Assembly (NCBI GenBank): GCA_004297215.1 | Contig: SCUM01000001.1 | Coordinates: 78,282 to 142,281, forward strand | Reading direction: 5' to 3' | From: Patescibacteria group bacterium | GTDB taxonomy: Bacteria; Patescibacteriota; Patescibacteriia; UBA9934; GWF2-40-263 | Length of the DNA: 64,000 nt | Part shown: positions 63,924-64,000 of the stretch, piece after piece | Layout of the letters: the number at the start of each line of letters is the position of its first letter | How positions within the stretch are numbered: the first letter of the stretch is position 1 | Translations under genes and position numbers: made by a program | The notes under the pieces: generated by a model | Databases searched by the model: none | Told to the model about the DNA's origin: nothing | What the model saw: only the letters and a program-made list of their open reading frames with translations

Positions 63924-64000
63924 GGTTCACCTCCGGGTGGAAAGGACTTCGCACATCTGGCCCGAAACGGCGCGTCTTGTCAACGCGGCAACGACACGGT

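Overview
This is a high-GC (about 65%) bacterial chromosomal window with compact, mostly co-directional gene organisation and many spurious antisense ORFs typical of high-GC DNA. I recognise these housekeeping genes:
- Hsp100/ClpC-like AAA+ ATPase, wecA/mraY-family transferase, rplU, recR, ybaB, dnaB, folD, glyA.
- A class-A PBP (pbpC-like) immediately upstream of a 1974-aa bacterial alpha-2-macroglobulin.
- murC, murB, hpf, secA, rdgB, secD, secF, uppP, mnmA, ligA, gatC, gatA, lgt, tRNA-Ser(GGA).
- dnaG, rpoD, an ECF sigma with a putative anti-sigma, and a second sigma-70-family factor.

The accessory content is:
- A membrane-anchored Clp ATPase with a degenerate D1 domain.
- A GIY-YIG nuclease flanked by repeats.
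- A lower-GC island (27.8-29.8 kb) encoding a four-helix-bundle protein, a DUF3850/ASCH-like protein, an RBBP9/YdeN-like hydrolase and an unknown protein.
- A cluster of nucleotide house-cleaning or nucleotide-depleting enzymes (Nudix, MazG-like, HD-domain dGTPase-like, RdgB) interspersed with small unknown proteins and a duplicated leader module.
- A SecD carrying an embedded parvulin-type PPIase domain.
- A two-gene module encoding a 2-TM membrane protein plus a TraG/VirD4/TraD-like P-loop ATPase.
- A FecR-domain protein plus a CHASE2 adenylate cyclase.
- Tandem paralogous unknown proteins next to tRNA-Ser.

Several non-coding signals stand out:
- A family of ~135-nt MITE/REP-like inverted-repeat elements that sit at convergent gene ends and even supply stop codons.
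- A CTACCCCCTACC motif found in an intergenic palindrome and as in-frame insertions in ligA and dnaG.
- Operator-like double palindromes, and a duplicated leader sequence upstream of hpf and gatC.

No CRISPR array, rRNA, integrase or transposase is evident. All coordinates derived by hand may be off by 1-2 nt.
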